Shown: positions 10,499 through 22,960 of the stretch, in pieces
How positions within the stretch are numbered: the stretch's first letter is position 1
How the letters are laid out: each line of letters starts with the position of its first letter
NCBI GenBank assembly: GCA_964255285.1
Contig: CAXUUL010000076.1
Location: forward strand, 1 to 37,060
Direction: 5' to 3'
Source: Ionaspis alba
Lineage: Eukaryota
Length of the DNA stretch: 37,060 nt
Position numbers and translations under genes: made by a program
The notes under the pieces: generated by a model
What the model saw: only the letters and a program-made list of their open reading frames with translations
Databases searched by the model: none
What the model was told of the DNA's origin: nothing

Positions 10499-12874
10499 TT
10501 AAGCAAGAATCAAGTCAGCAGTATTTGGGTATCTCAGATCAGCATGCTCCTCAAGAAACGCCATCCATTGTTTAAGGAATTTACTGCCACTATAGGAACG
10601 TCAGCCCAGATCCAGCAATCTGACTAGGTGCAAAGTTCCTACCATCGGACCGTCTCTGAATCGCCTATCACACAGAGATGTCGTTTTGATCTCGTCATAG
10701 CAACTGGTCATGATCAATAACAGAGCAGGGATGTAATCGAGCTAAGAATGCCTTGCCGTTCAGCCTCCTTTTCTCCCCAAGAAATCCAACCTCATGTTCT
10801 GTATTACTCCTAACAAGGCTAACAACGATGGCTTCCTTCTCACGCCCCTGAAAGCCATCCACACTGCCCAACTCAATGCCAGAATACCGTTCTTTCAATC
10901 TTTGGGACAAGAGTGAGAGTTGTGCATTGTATGGCGTGACGACTGCGATGTCCTCTGCACGAACACCAGCATCCACTAGGTTCTGCACGTGCAATTGCAC
11001 AAGTGCTGCCTCCATCTCATTGCTTTTGCTGTCGCCGAGGAGCGCCGACTTGCTGGTTTTCTGCTCGCTGTCGTCGTCCTCAGTCTTCTCCGGAAATTCT
11101 CCACCTTGTGTGTCCCAGAACACCAATGGCTCTTTGGTGTCATCAGTCTCCTCAACTTCGTAGGGAAGATCTTTCAGCAATCTAGCTTTGACAACCTCGG
11201 CTGCAACCAGCTTCGAATCGTAGAGCTCGTCCGAAGGGAATCGCATGATCTTCTCGTGCATTCGATACTGAATTGTCAGCATGCGTTTGATGGTTGGGCC
11301 GTGCAAGTCGAGTAAGCGATCGAATAACGTGGTCTCCAACGTGGTCTCGGCAGGTGTCTCTGACGGTTTGTTGACCTTCCCTACCCTCTTCTTGTCCTTA
11401 CCAGGAGCCTCTTTGACGTTCAACGACTTTACAGTGGGAGGCAATTGCAAGTGGTCACCTGCCAAGACAACCTTCTTGGCCGATAGTAGAGCTACCCAGC
11501 ATTGGGCTTCGAGCCCTTGGCTTGCTTCATCGATAATTACGACATCGAAATTCTCATGCCGAAGTTGAAAGCCTCCTGAACCATGAAGAGTTGCTAGTAC
11601 TACCTTGCTCCCTCCTACCAAAGTATTTACACACTTCTTCTCCCGCTCACGATACTCCTTGCGGAGCTCCTTCATTTCGCCATATATGGCCCGTTTTTCT
11701 CGACCATTGCGCGTCTTCTTGATACTGGCTTGTTTGTCGTCCATCTCCTTTCTCACATCTCGGACAATCGCCGACGCCTCTGAAGTCTGTGTCAATACAT
11801 CCAGGGAGTGGTTGAGCACACTTGGTAGCAGACGTGCGGGATGTCCAAGACGAATGATTGGGACTTTGTGGGGAGCGAGTCGTTCAACTATATTGTCCAC
11901 TGATATGTTCGACGGGCCACACACTAACACTCTTAATCTGCGTTGAAGCAATTGCAATATCAGTTCAACCAGAGTATACGTCTTGCCAGTCTGTGCTCCA
12001 TTAGTAGGGCTCATGATCGTGTGCAACTTTGTGCACGTACCCCTGGTGGCCCGTGTATCAAGGCAACTTCCCTAGATGCTAGCGCAAACCGGACAGCATC
12101 TTTTTGAGAATCGTTCAATGTAGGATCAATAAACTCGACCTTTCCAGACCCTGTCTCTACCTTCTCGAGATCGGAAGGTAGCGGTGAAGGTGAATCCAGG
12201 CCAAATAGAACCCTGATTAGAATCGAATACTCCCTCCCTTCCATCTTACCCAGCCTCTCCATCGTCTGATTCATCCTAGGAGGCCTAGCATCAGCCACAA
12301 ACTTTTTGCAACAAAGACCAGAAAGACTCCTGACCTCCTGTACGTAACATCGTTTGCCAGTTTAAGCCTAATTACTCCTTGTCAGCTGTTTCTACAACGA
12401 CCAAATCCGTGAGAATCTAATGTCTCACAAGACTCACACCCAAATCCTCCCCCCAAGACCATCCACTTCCTCATCGCCTCCAACAGCAATCTGCACAACC
12501 TTTCCTCCTATTCTGATAACCACTCCCTCTACCCCCGCATCCTTTATCTCGGCTTTTTCTTTCTTTCGCTCACCTCCCTTCGGCTGTTGTCCCACCCTCA
12601 CAATGTCTCCGACTCTTATCCCATGCTCGCCGATATCCCCGCCCTTGTCGATAGCAGGGTCCTGCTCAAGCTCGAGCACAGTCTTGCCGCCTAAACCCGT
12701 GCGTTGGGAAGCGAGTATCAGATTATTAATTGCAAGCCCGATGCGGGAGAGTACTCCGGTGGAGGTGCAGGCCAAGAGATTGCTTGTAGATGCAGTTTCG
12801 GCAGCGAGTTCAGCATTCAGGAGAGAAATTTGATTTGAGGTGAATGCGGGAATAATGGTGGGGGCTACGGGCAT
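10499..12874 (-). CDS. HCS1: Upf1-like SF1 helicase Hcs1/IGHMBP2 (SMUBP-2); exons 12874-12438, 12367-12335, 12275-12041, 11990-10757, 10703-10643, 10589-10499
   Basis: KLANDVTYRRM, LNDSQKDAV, IHGPPG|TGKT (Walker A), GPSNISVDN, IIDEASQ, LAGDHLQLPP, QYRMH, SVDGFQGREKE, RRLN|VAMTR, ADLRYP. Confidence 0.93.
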
Positions 12875-13663
12875 AGTTGTAGCCCAATAAGCTTTATAGA
12901 GGTGATTGGTGTGTGAAGTGAGTGTAGAATACCCGATGGTGATTCAAAGTTACTTGAACAGGCGCAATAGCATTTCGATCTTTCGAAATTCTAGAGCTTG
13001 TTTGGTCAATACACCTGGAGACATTCTGCAGCCGTAATGAAATGCGGTTCGCAGCTTCCTTGTTGTCGTCTAGAGTATTTTGCTTGAAACACGCATAAGG
13101 CTATCCGCCGTTGGTTGCTCCAGAGGCGGAAGGACACAATCCTTAGCGAGCGAAGAGAGCTCTGGGGGCCCCTATTCAAAGGAAATGGGGCCGAAAAAAT
13201 CACGGGCTTTGTCGCTAAAAGGTCCCTGTTCGCAAGGGATCCTGCTAATTGTGTAGCGGCAACGATTCCTGTCCTCCCGCGCTGTCTAGCCTTACTCCAT
13301 TCAATCTAGCTCAACCGCTCTAGCGCTTATCAATCTTGAGTACCCGTCCAAATTGCTGACGAAGTGACACCCGCGACAATAACGCCTTTCTTCCAATGAA
13401 CATCTCGACCAAGGCATTCTAGTAGGTCGACAGAGGTCACAAATGGTCAAAAACACATGCGGAGTATAGTTTTGAGCACTTTTATGACGGAGGTTCTGGT
13501 CATGACTACTTCCAGTAGACGAGTCCGTCTAAGCCTTGGTGCTGCTTTGCTGTCTATATAAACTGCCTCTATTGCCAGACTTTCTCAGCAATATTTGCAA
13601 CGACAAACTCTCAGACTGGATAAGACAATCACTGTTCTGCTAGTGCTTTCTATCTTGACTATC

Positions 13664-14683
13664 ATGTCTGAAACCACTACCCATAGCGATAAGAATCGGC
13701 AGCACTTTGAGTAAGTGGTCCAGCTGGTTGAACTTAGCCCAGCACAAGAACACGAGAAGCAGTATTAAAACTGCTTAGTACTAGGGCTACGTCCTACGAT
13801 GCGGATCCATGGGTCCAAGTAATGCTTCAGCAGTTCACAGAGGAGTTTCGGGACCACAAAGAGTGGATCGGCGTCCAATGGATCGAGAATGAGGGCACGG
13901 AGCCGTGTGGAAGGCAGGTCAAGTTACTGGACTATGCCTGCGGGCCGGGAGTAGCGTCTAGGGTTGTCATGACTGCACACCGTTCCCAAGCCTTGGCTGA
14001 CGGAAAAATAGGCCTTCTTGCCATATGTGACCAAAGTCCGTGGCATCGATGTGTCCGGGGCTATGGTCGATGAGTACAACCAACGCGCCAAAGCCCAAGG
14101 CCTTAAACCAGAAGTCATTCATGCAGCTCGAGGAGACGTGACAGACACTTCTGCGACTTCCCAATCAGATATCAGCGCGTCAGAGTTCTGGAACTTCGAT
14201 TTGGCAGTGGTTTCGATGGCCTTCCATCACTTCGAGTATCCGGAAATGGCTGCGAAGAAGCTTGTTGAAAGGCTCAAGCCAGCAGAGGGTATTCTTCTGA
14301 TCCTCGACTGGGCTGAAGATGGATCTGCTGCACCCGGAAATCATCGTGGTCATGGTGGGCATGATCATGGGCATAGCCATAGCCACGGTACTGGCCATTC
14401 TCATGGGCACAGCCATGGCCGTGGAGAGAACGGTCATTGGGACAACACCGACGAAACAACTAAAGAGCCACAGGCCCATCCAGCTGCTCATACCGTCGCT
14501 CATAACGGCTTCAGCAAGGACCGTGTGGTGAGCATGTTCAAGGCGGCGGGTTGTATGGATATTGATTACATCATTCTGAAGAGACCATTCAAGTTTGGCG
14601 GCGAAGGGCCAATGGCCGGTGTCGAGAAGAAGCTCTTCATGGCAAGAGGGAAGCGGGCTGGAAGGGATCACAGCGAACTGTGA
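13664..14683 (+). CDS. Class I SAM-dependent methyltransferase with His/Gly-rich insertion; exons 13664-13710, 13779-13962, 14012-14683
   Basis: Motif I LLDYACGPG, VRGIDVSGAMV, FDLAVVSMAFHHF, LKPAEGILLILDW. Spliced frames are consistent; the second donor (GTTGTC) is weak. TATATAAA lies near 13555. Confidence 0.85.
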
Positions 14684-16408
14684 GGATCCCGGCATTCCTG
14701 TTCCAAGGTACCAGGTTTTAGACATCATATCGATGTCGATCGTCCGTCGTAATCGATACCAGCCTTGTCAGGGTCGTACGAAGACCCATATCAGATAGCT
14801 TCTCATTTAACCCTGTCGGATTTCTTGGATTATATTGAACAATGTCTGTCATTGCTGAAAAAGGATGCGGGCAGTGCGTCTTTGCACATCCCAAATTCCG
14901 CCATGGTCCATGTCTTTCAATCTACCCTTCGATGCTGTGCAATCCTTCTAGACATTGTTTAGTGATAGCTAGTAATCGAGGGATGGCCACTCGAGAGGCA
15001 GTGCATCCGGCGATCCGTGTCCAGGCGGCTGTTGACCCGTTCATAGCACTTTTTTTGAGCCGACGGAGCGCTTTAGAACACTCGTTCCTCCAAGTCCCTA
15101 GTTGACGATCCAATCATCTATCAGGATAGACCATTATTAACAAGTCGGATCGTCTTCGAGGCGTAGTAGCAAACTACTCTATCTCGCATCAAGCCTCTTG
15201 GTAGAGCACACCGCTTTCCCCGAAGACTTATCGCTATTCGACTAGTCGTGATTGTAATCCGAAGCCGCAATCAAGATTTTCGAAGAGTTCGTTGAACAGC
15301 TGACATTCGTTCACCTCGACCGCGAACTAATGGGGTTGCGATCGCAGCCCCTCCGCAATCCCACCGGTCGATCTTCAACGAACCATTGCCACTGATGCCT
15401 CTTGCAATTGCCTCTGTCGTCCTATCATCCAGCACACCACAGTAGACCCTTCAGTTTCCACTTACAAAGACGACATACTCGGTGTGGGATCTCTTGCCGG
15501 ACGCTTGTCGATCCAGAGCCAATACAAATCGCGAGAGTCGTAGTTCGACCAGTTTGACTGCCGCAAGGCCAGGTTTCAGACCTCCACCATAAACCTGCGG
15601 GGCATCCTAGGGCAGAGCATCGCCATTAACTCGACCGATTCAATTGGCAGACCATGCAAGGGCCAACCCCCCGGCGGCCTTCCTCGTCTATCGTGCCCTG
15701 TCCACCCTCTCAATCATGCAAATCTAGCGATCTGCTCCCTTCTCCTTCTCCATTTTCGGAGCATTCTTTTCTATTCTCAGCACTGTCATTCATTCCTCTC
15801 TCCATTCTTGCTTCTTTCCGGTCCAAGGGGGCAGTCCCCTTGCCACTCCCTTTTCTCCTAGTTTTGCGACGTCTCATATTATGGTCAGGAGTACTTAAAG
15901 CTGCAGCGCCCTCATGGACACGTCGGCACCGTGCATATATGTGACACGCCCGACTGCAAGCCTCTACGCGTGCATGGTTGGCCGGTCTGACCGTCACAGA
16001 CAACAAATTTCTTTTCTGTGACTTGGATCTCATCAGAAATCTGGATCTGGTTTACTGGGTACCTGAAAGCGATTACTGGTTCAATGCGCGATAGCTAGCA
16101 CCCAACTTTGAGCATTTATGTGGCCACGACAAAGCTGCATTGGACATTACACTAATACTTCTTCGCATCCAAGTCAGTAGACAACATTCTAATCTGCAAA
16201 CGTTCGAAGCACTAAAGCAGAGTGGCAGGGTAATCCCAGAGGGACAGAATACTCTTCGCCTCGTGCCGCATTTGCGGCCAATTCATCCTCGAGTCCTTAC
16301 TGTTTCTTCGACCAATCTCTCCAAATTACTCAAAGCTATCCGAAGCGGCCTCTACAACGCGTGGAAACATTCGAGCTCGACGCTCAGTAGTGCCTGTCTA
16401 GCAAGAGT

Positions 16409-17967
16409 ATGGCAAGTAACACCAATCTCTCGGTCAGCCGGGAATCAGCATATCAGCCTGGTAGCGTGTCTCATGCTTCTGGTGAGAGTGAGTTTTTCAG
16501 GAAGCCGTCCTTGAGCAGGAAGCGCAAGAGCGGTGGCTTCCGGACCACGCTGAAGAAGCTATTCGGCCGCAAGTCTGTAAAAAGTCAGATCAGCTTGCCC
16601 ACACCGACAAGACGGCCAGACCATGTAAGATGCTTCTCTGAGCATAAGCTACCTCATGTCAACTAATCATTCGACTCTAGGACCCCAATGCCTTCATCAC
16701 TGATGCAACAGACGGGCGATATATTCGAGCAGTTTCTCTACCAATAGAGGATATCACCCGAGAAAGTGCCCTCGGATCGCACGCTCCTTTTGCTGCTCAA
16801 GCATTCGAGAGAACGGAGAGCGATGTGCATGAGTCAACAGACGTGCGGCCAGGACGACCGAGGCGCGCCACTTTGCCAAGTGTGATCATCAATCCTCCCG
16901 AGCCAGAATCTCAACAGCCTGTGGTCACAGAACACAGAGAAGCTCATGAGGGGCGGGACGATGTTGATGATACGAACATTGGCTTTGCGGTGACAAGTGG
17001 TAGCCATCCCAAGAGGCGGTCAAGGAGTGCAGATGCTCTCTATGACACAACCAGGTCCCATCGCATGTCTCCAATTCAGTGGAGACAATGGAGAAGGAGG
17101 AGCGACGAGATCAAGTACTGGAGGCAAAGTGTCATCGAGAGTCCCCCACTCCTAGACCCGAGAGTGCATTTAGACGACGAAAGAGATGAGTCACCGCAGT
17201 CTGCGAAGGACAGAAACTCCGAAGCCTCGGAGCAAAGGGACACCTTCGACTTCGGTCTACTCGCACCCTCGATTCAGGACCAGGATAAACTGAGCCTTGC
17301 AGAAAGAGTCGTCACATTGGAGGTCAAGCTTATGGATCTCGAGTACGCGATATCCAGAATGCAAGCACGAAGATCGCCATCACCTGCTCGCTCAGACTCG
17401 CAGCAGCTTGGTCCGACCTTGCAGAGATCGGATCCAAGCACTGGTTCGGCTGTCTCAAGTATCACACGTCACGACCAGACTACAACTGCTGGTACCGAGA
17501 TTACACGGCCAACCTCACTACCTTCGAGCGAGCCGGACCAAAAAGCGCGGCCACTGAGCATTGCGACTGTCAGGCCCCAGACTGCACTCTACGTGCCTCC
17601 AACTGGGACAGATTCGAAGAAGAAGGGAGATCGTACGAGCATCACAAGCATTACTATCGACCACTACGTAACATTGATTGGCCTCATACGACGGGAGCAG
17701 GCTGCACGGATCTGTCTAGAGGATCAAGTCACCGACCTTCAACGGCAACTACTGTATAACAAATCTCCGTCTCCGCCACAGTCGCGTTCTCGGACTCGAC
17801 CATGGCGTGGAAATGGGTACTACTACCGAAACAAGGACAGCTATGATCGTGAAGACACCGATACAGACGATGGATTTCATGAAGTATACGAGACTCCTAC
17901 AGAGCGGAGAGAGTTCGAAGGAGCAGCTTTCGGAACAACTGCTTCACTGGATGGAGAGGCGTTTTAG
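16409..17967 (+). CDS. Fungal hypothetical protein, largely disordered with two short coiled coils; exons 16409-16624, 16681-17967
   Basis: GTAAGA...CTAAT...TAG intron joins the two ORFs in frame. Structured-looking blocks: GFRTTLKKLFGRK, RRATLPS, KRRSRSADAL, LAERVVTLEVKLMDLEYAISRMQ, LIRREQAARICLEDQVTDLQRQL. Confidence 0.75.
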
Positions 17968-18442
17968 TGCTGTACATTGTGGGAGAAAATACCGTTTTTG
18001 GGTGCTGGCCACCCCCCACCGTTTTTGACAACAGCGTTTTGGAATTTTGCGTTTTGCATGCGAAGCAGGTATATACCCCGGTGGAAGTAATGCTTGGGAG
18101 GATATGTCAAGACGATTGGAGGCGTAGGTTTTGAGGTATGACATGCCTGCTCACGCCTGTACGATTACACGAGTGGAAGGGTGCAGGATAGATAGCTCAA
18201 TTATACGAAAACATTTTCAGGGCCATCCATTCTACAATGGATGTGTAAGTCAACCTAGAGTGACGAGTAGGGAGCCATTCCTTATCCTCTGGCAACCTGT
18301 AGGCTAACTTACCGCGTTCTCACAATCTATATCCTAGTGCATCATGCGTAGAAGTCCAGGGGGGAAACCCTTAGCGTGGCAGAGCCTCCCCGAATCAGGT
18401 TGAGCCGAGACACTTCCCACCCCAGACTGGCCCCACGCCTCA

Positions 18443-19723
18443 ATGCGGACCTCTCGCATTGCGCAAGAGACCTCCAGAATCGTCACGGTCTCACCCTCCA
18501 AAGCATTCTCTAGACGTCAGACTCGCGCTTTTGCCGCATCCCTCAGCAGTTTCACTGCCAATGGAGCTTCGATTGGAGAGCCGACGGTGAAGTCGGAGGA
18601 CCAAAGCGACGACTCTTCTCTTTCCTCCATTGCTTCAGCAGCCTCGTTCGATATCGAAGACTGCGCCTTTTCTACAGTCTCCCACAAGCGTAAACGCGGA
18701 ATCGATAGTCCCTCGACGACGGTGACGAGCGCGTCGAGCAATATCAGCATCCGCACTTCCCCACGCAAAGCAGGCGTGAAAGTAGAGGATGGAGAAAGCA
18801 AAGTGAAGAAGGCCCGGAAGCAGCCTGCAAAGAGGCTCGTTCACGAAAGTGGCGAGGTTGAGATACATCCTCCAGCCAACTGGGAGGAAATCTACGAGGC
18901 GGTGCGAAAAATGCGCAAAAAGGTGCAAGCTCCTGTAGATACAATGGGTTGCGAGACATTGGCGGAAGAGCATTTGAGCCCACGGGTAGGTGATCTGTAC
19001 CTTAGGCAACCCTCACGTTACTGACACCAGAAGCAGGACAAGCGCTTCCAGACCCTCATCGCCCTCATGCTTTCTTCTCAAACCAAGGACACAACCAACG
19101 CCCTCGCTATGCGTCGTCTTCAAACCGAGCTGCCCCCACCTGGCTTGACGCTCGAAAACATCCTCGCCGTCGACCCCGTCAAACTCAACGAGCTGATCTG
19201 GGCTGTGGGTTTCCATAACAACAAAACCCGCTACATAAAAGCCGCCGCTCTGATCCTCCGTGACAAATTTGCGGGCGACATCCCCGACACTATTGAGGGT
19301 CTGATCAGCCTTCCAGGTGTGGGGCCCAAGATGGGATACTTGTGTCTGAGTGCTGCGTGGGGAAAGACAGAAGGCATTGGCGTGGATGTGCATGTGCATC
19401 GGATTACCAATTTGTGGGGGTGGCATAAGACGAAGGGGCCGGAAGAGACGAGGGAAGCGTTGCAGAGCTGGTTGCCACGGGAGAGGTGGCATGAGATTAA
19501 TCATCTGCTGGTGGGGTTTGGACAGACGATTTGTTTGCCAGTTGGGAGGAGGTGTGGGGAGTGTACGTTGAGCGGGAATGGACTGTGTCCCAGCGCTGTA
19601 GTGGAGAAGCAGAAGAAGTGGAAAGTCAAAAGCGCCAAGGTGGAGGTAGAGAGAAATGAAGCTGTTGTAAAAGAGGAGGTTGATATTAAAGACGAGGAGG
19701 TGCTAGCAGACGATGTCAGGTGA
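18443..19723 (+). CDS. NTH1: Endonuclease III homologue (HhH-GPD DNA glycosylase/AP lyase with 4Fe-4S motif); exons 18443-18985, 19037-19723
   Basis: [31 protein letters not shown], HhH LPGVGPKM (catalytic Lys), [39 protein letters not shown]. Confidence 0.95.
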
Positions 19724-20007
19724 TGTTTCTGAACCTGTGTATTTGCAATTCGGGCTACTGCTCTGCGTACGTGCTGGGTTGCACTTCTATTGTTGAGGCC
19801 CTATTATCCGTCGTTGCCTAAACCCTAAATGTGACCTATTGTTACGCGAGCCCTCATTACGCGAAAAAAACAAACTCAACCATACGCGGCTCTTCTCACT
19901 TCTACAACCTACCAACACATTCCAGCTTTTGCTCCTTTGTACCACAAACTCTCTTACACTTCCCAACTTCCACTACGAAAACTCTTTCCAGCTCACTCAC
20001 GTCCAAA

Positions 20008-20943
20008 ATGTGCGCTCACAGGAACTTCGAAGAGATCTCTGACTTGGATGAAGCCAGCAGTCGAGCCTCAACCCCCGAGTCAGAAGCTTCGAGCAAATTT
20101 TCCTATCCCGAGATCCCTGATAGTGTCAAGGATGCAGTCCCTATTCCTCGTCATCCTCGTGACCTGGGTCCCGATGCAAGTCCTCTCGATACGCTCCGTT
20201 ACCGGCGTGATAAGCTCGAGCACAGTATCGCCTTCCTGTCAAACGAGATATTCTGCAACGCATATATCTACGACGTTGCACACAAACAGATACATGAGTT
20301 CATCAATGCTGGACGCTGTCAGTGCCAAGTATGTGTTCGTAAGGCTGAAAAAGCGGAGAAGGAGATGTATGATTTGGGGAAGGAATCGAGTTCTCTAGCG
20401 AGCGAGAGAAGTGGATTTCGTGAGGAGGTAAGTTTTGCTAGTCCTTGTTCTAGAGAGTGGAAAGATTGGTCTAATTGCTACATAGCTCAAGGGAGTGCTT
20501 CTGGAGATTGGTAAACTGGAAAGGGAGGAGGCTGAAGCGAAGAAGGCGGAGGCTGCNNNNNNNNNNNNNNNNNNNNNNNNNNNNNNNNNNNNNNNNNNNN
20601 NNNNNNNNNNNNNNNNNNNNNNNNNNNNNNNNNNNNNNNNNNNNNNNNNNNNNNNNTGGAGATTGGTAAACTGGAAAGGGAGGAGGCTGAAGCGAAGAAG
20701 GCGGAGGCTGCGATGAAACTTGCCGAAGGGCGGAAAGCTGCTCGAGAGAGGGCAGCGATGAAGAAAGAAGTCAGGAAGGCTGCTTTGCTGGCAAGCAAGA
20801 AAGCGAAGGCGGGGTTGGAAGTTGATTGGGATGCTTCAGAGGTGAAGAAAGAAGCCAATCGAGGTGGCAAGAAGGCTACAGGTGTGAAACGCAAGAAGGC
20901 TGCCCGTGGCAAAGGTAAGAAGGGTGCCAGCAGTAAGATTTGA
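20008..20943 (+). CDS. Hypothetical coiled-coil protein with Lys/Ala-rich tail (about 240 aa after collapsing the gap); exons 20008-20427, 20486-20943
   Basis: AAAATG start after a C/T-rich leader, canonical GTAAGT..CTAAT..TAG intron, and a frame that is continuous once the 55-bp duplication around the N-run is merged. No family recognised. Confidence 0.65.
20502..20711. other. 100-N scaffold gap (20557-20656) flanked by an exact 55-bp direct duplication
   Basis: 20502-20556 is identical to 20657-20711. Confidence 0.95.
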
Positions 20944-21758
20944 TGTACTTGCAAGGATGTCACGTGAGAGACATGTGAGGTGGGAACTTGTGCTGGCTTT
21001 CTGTGGAGAATGTGATGTTGGCTCTGCTCATGTCTGTAGCATATGGAAGCTTGCTGCTTGCGGGATGTCTCACACTCTTTGTCTACTTGGATAGAAGATG
21101 TCTATTAGGACTCACTTTGAATGCATTTATGTAAGACGAATTGAAGTGCGTGGCCGAAATTTCTATTTGCATCCGGCAGGATACTGAGCAAGCAAATGCA
21201 ATACTCCGTACAAACTACTCTAGCCATTCCGCAGTAGATTGCTGAAAGTCTGCTAATCATACGCAATGTACGTGAGACAGCAAAATCGTTGTGCAGATCT
21301 ATATTAACTACTGCCTGTTTTCCGCGGGATACCCAATTGTTGGACAGCCTCACAAGGAGCGAAACTCGGGCCAATTCCCTAATCTGTAGACATATGGGAT
21401 GGATTGCTTCACAATTGCTTGTATGATCCATCTGGAAATCGAAGGAGAGACCCACAATGCCTTGTATCCGTAGAAGGAGCTATACAATGCTCCTCGGTCC
21501 TACGAGCAAAGCCCACGAGGAGTTCCTGCCATAGATTGCTGCCTCGATGCTGTATACGCTCTTGTGAGGAAGCGCTGAAAGGCAGGTCATCAAGGCAACC
21601 CTGCTCTTCGAGACTGGAAGTAAGGGAGGCAAGACAAGAGACGACGGCCAAGTCTCCAGCACATCATAGACTCCTCGAAAAGTTAGGAAAGCCACCCCAA
21701 TCCAGCGCTCTCTATCCACCTCCTAGCGTAGTAGTAGCTGCCAGGCTACCGCTTGATG

Positions 21759-21788
21759 CAAGCGGCCTCTCAAGCGGCCTCTCAAGCG
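21759..21788. repeat. Short tandem repeat, 12-bp unit CAAGCGGCCTCT x2.5
   Basis: Read directly. It overlaps a small inverted repeat CCGCTTG-ATG-CAAGCGG (21749-21765). Confidence 0.85.
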
Positions 21789-21937
21789 AGAGCACTAGCC
21801 CGTAGCGCCCACCCGTGCCTACATAATTCCCGCGATTAGTAGAAAGCATTCAAAATCGTGCATCCAACAGCCGCGATAACCGCAACAACCGCCACAGACG
21901 CCATTAGCTTCTCCCAAACCCATCACAATCAATCACG

Positions 21938-22415
21938 ATGCCCTCGACAGCTCTCAACGTCCGCATTCGCCTCCATACCGCTCGCCTCGCCTCGATCACC
22001 AACACCATCAACCACTTAATGTGGATGCATGATACGTACCAGGAAAACGTCCATATGTACCACCAGCAGCAGCGCCAGGAGCGAGTCGAGTACTGGACTG
22101 CGAGGATGAGGCGTGCGAGAGAAGAAATTCGTGGCTTGATGGTTGAGAGAAGGGAGGCGGTCCAATTCGTGAGTGCAATATTGACCTTTGTGGCCAATTA
22201 GCTGAATGTATAATTAGATTGAGCAGCTGGTGGAGGAGAGAGACGCGCAGATCGAGCAGGAGATTGAGCAGAGGGAGAAGGAAGCGAAGAAGAGGAAGCT
22301 TGCGGAGAGGAAGGCGAGGAGGGGCGGATATCAAGGTGGAAAGCGCGGGGGTAGAGGCGGCCGAGGTGGAAGGGGTGGTGGGATGGGCGGTGGGATGAAC
22401 GCCATCATGGTCTAA
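21938..22415 (+). CDS. Hypothetical small coiled-coil protein with C-terminal RGG box; exons 21938-22168, 22218-22415
   Basis: CACGATG start and a GTGAGT..TAG intron join ...EAVQF|IEQLVEERDAQIEQEIEQREKEAKKRK in frame. The tail is RRGGYQGGKRGGRGGRGGRGGG. Confidence 0.7.
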
Positions 22416-22960
22416 GAAGGGGTCGAGAGAGGGTCCATAGCGATTGCGATGGATGATGTGAGGGCGGCCGCCGTATGCTTTATTAAGCAATAATGAAATG
22501 ACAATGTCGTACCGCCAACTTCTTGTAATCAACGTAGGACGCGGAGGTCGCTGAAAGCCGATGTGAAACAATAAATCCCAATCGTGACTGCATATAGCCT
22601 GTACACATCGTGGGATGTGGTGACCGCCGCATCTCTTTTCATGAAATCAAAGAACAAGACACATACTGTAACAAATAGTAACAAGCGGGGATTGCCCGAA
22701 GTCTTCCTACCAGTCAATTTGACATGACGTTTCTTGAAGACATCGTTATGCGCCGAGACCGCTGTATGCCTTTCCTCAGAAGGGACAAAAACCAAAACAG
22801 CGAGGGCGTTATTCCTAATGGGATAGAATCAATGAAAGACAAACAAAGACAACAACCTCAAGTCATAAATATCATTTCAGGTACGTCACACTTAGTAGCA
22901 TGAGTAAGCTCCAAACTATATACAAAGGTAATCATACCGCTTTACCCTTCGTGGTATACA

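Noticed and set aside
14180..14728. 182-aa antisense ORF over the methyltransferase
   Set aside because: It is the shadow of the His-codon-rich sense strand (CAT reads ATG) and has no motifs.
21105..21805. ORFs between the two orphan genes
   Set aside because: They have non-ATG starts, no motifs, and mutually overlapping frames.
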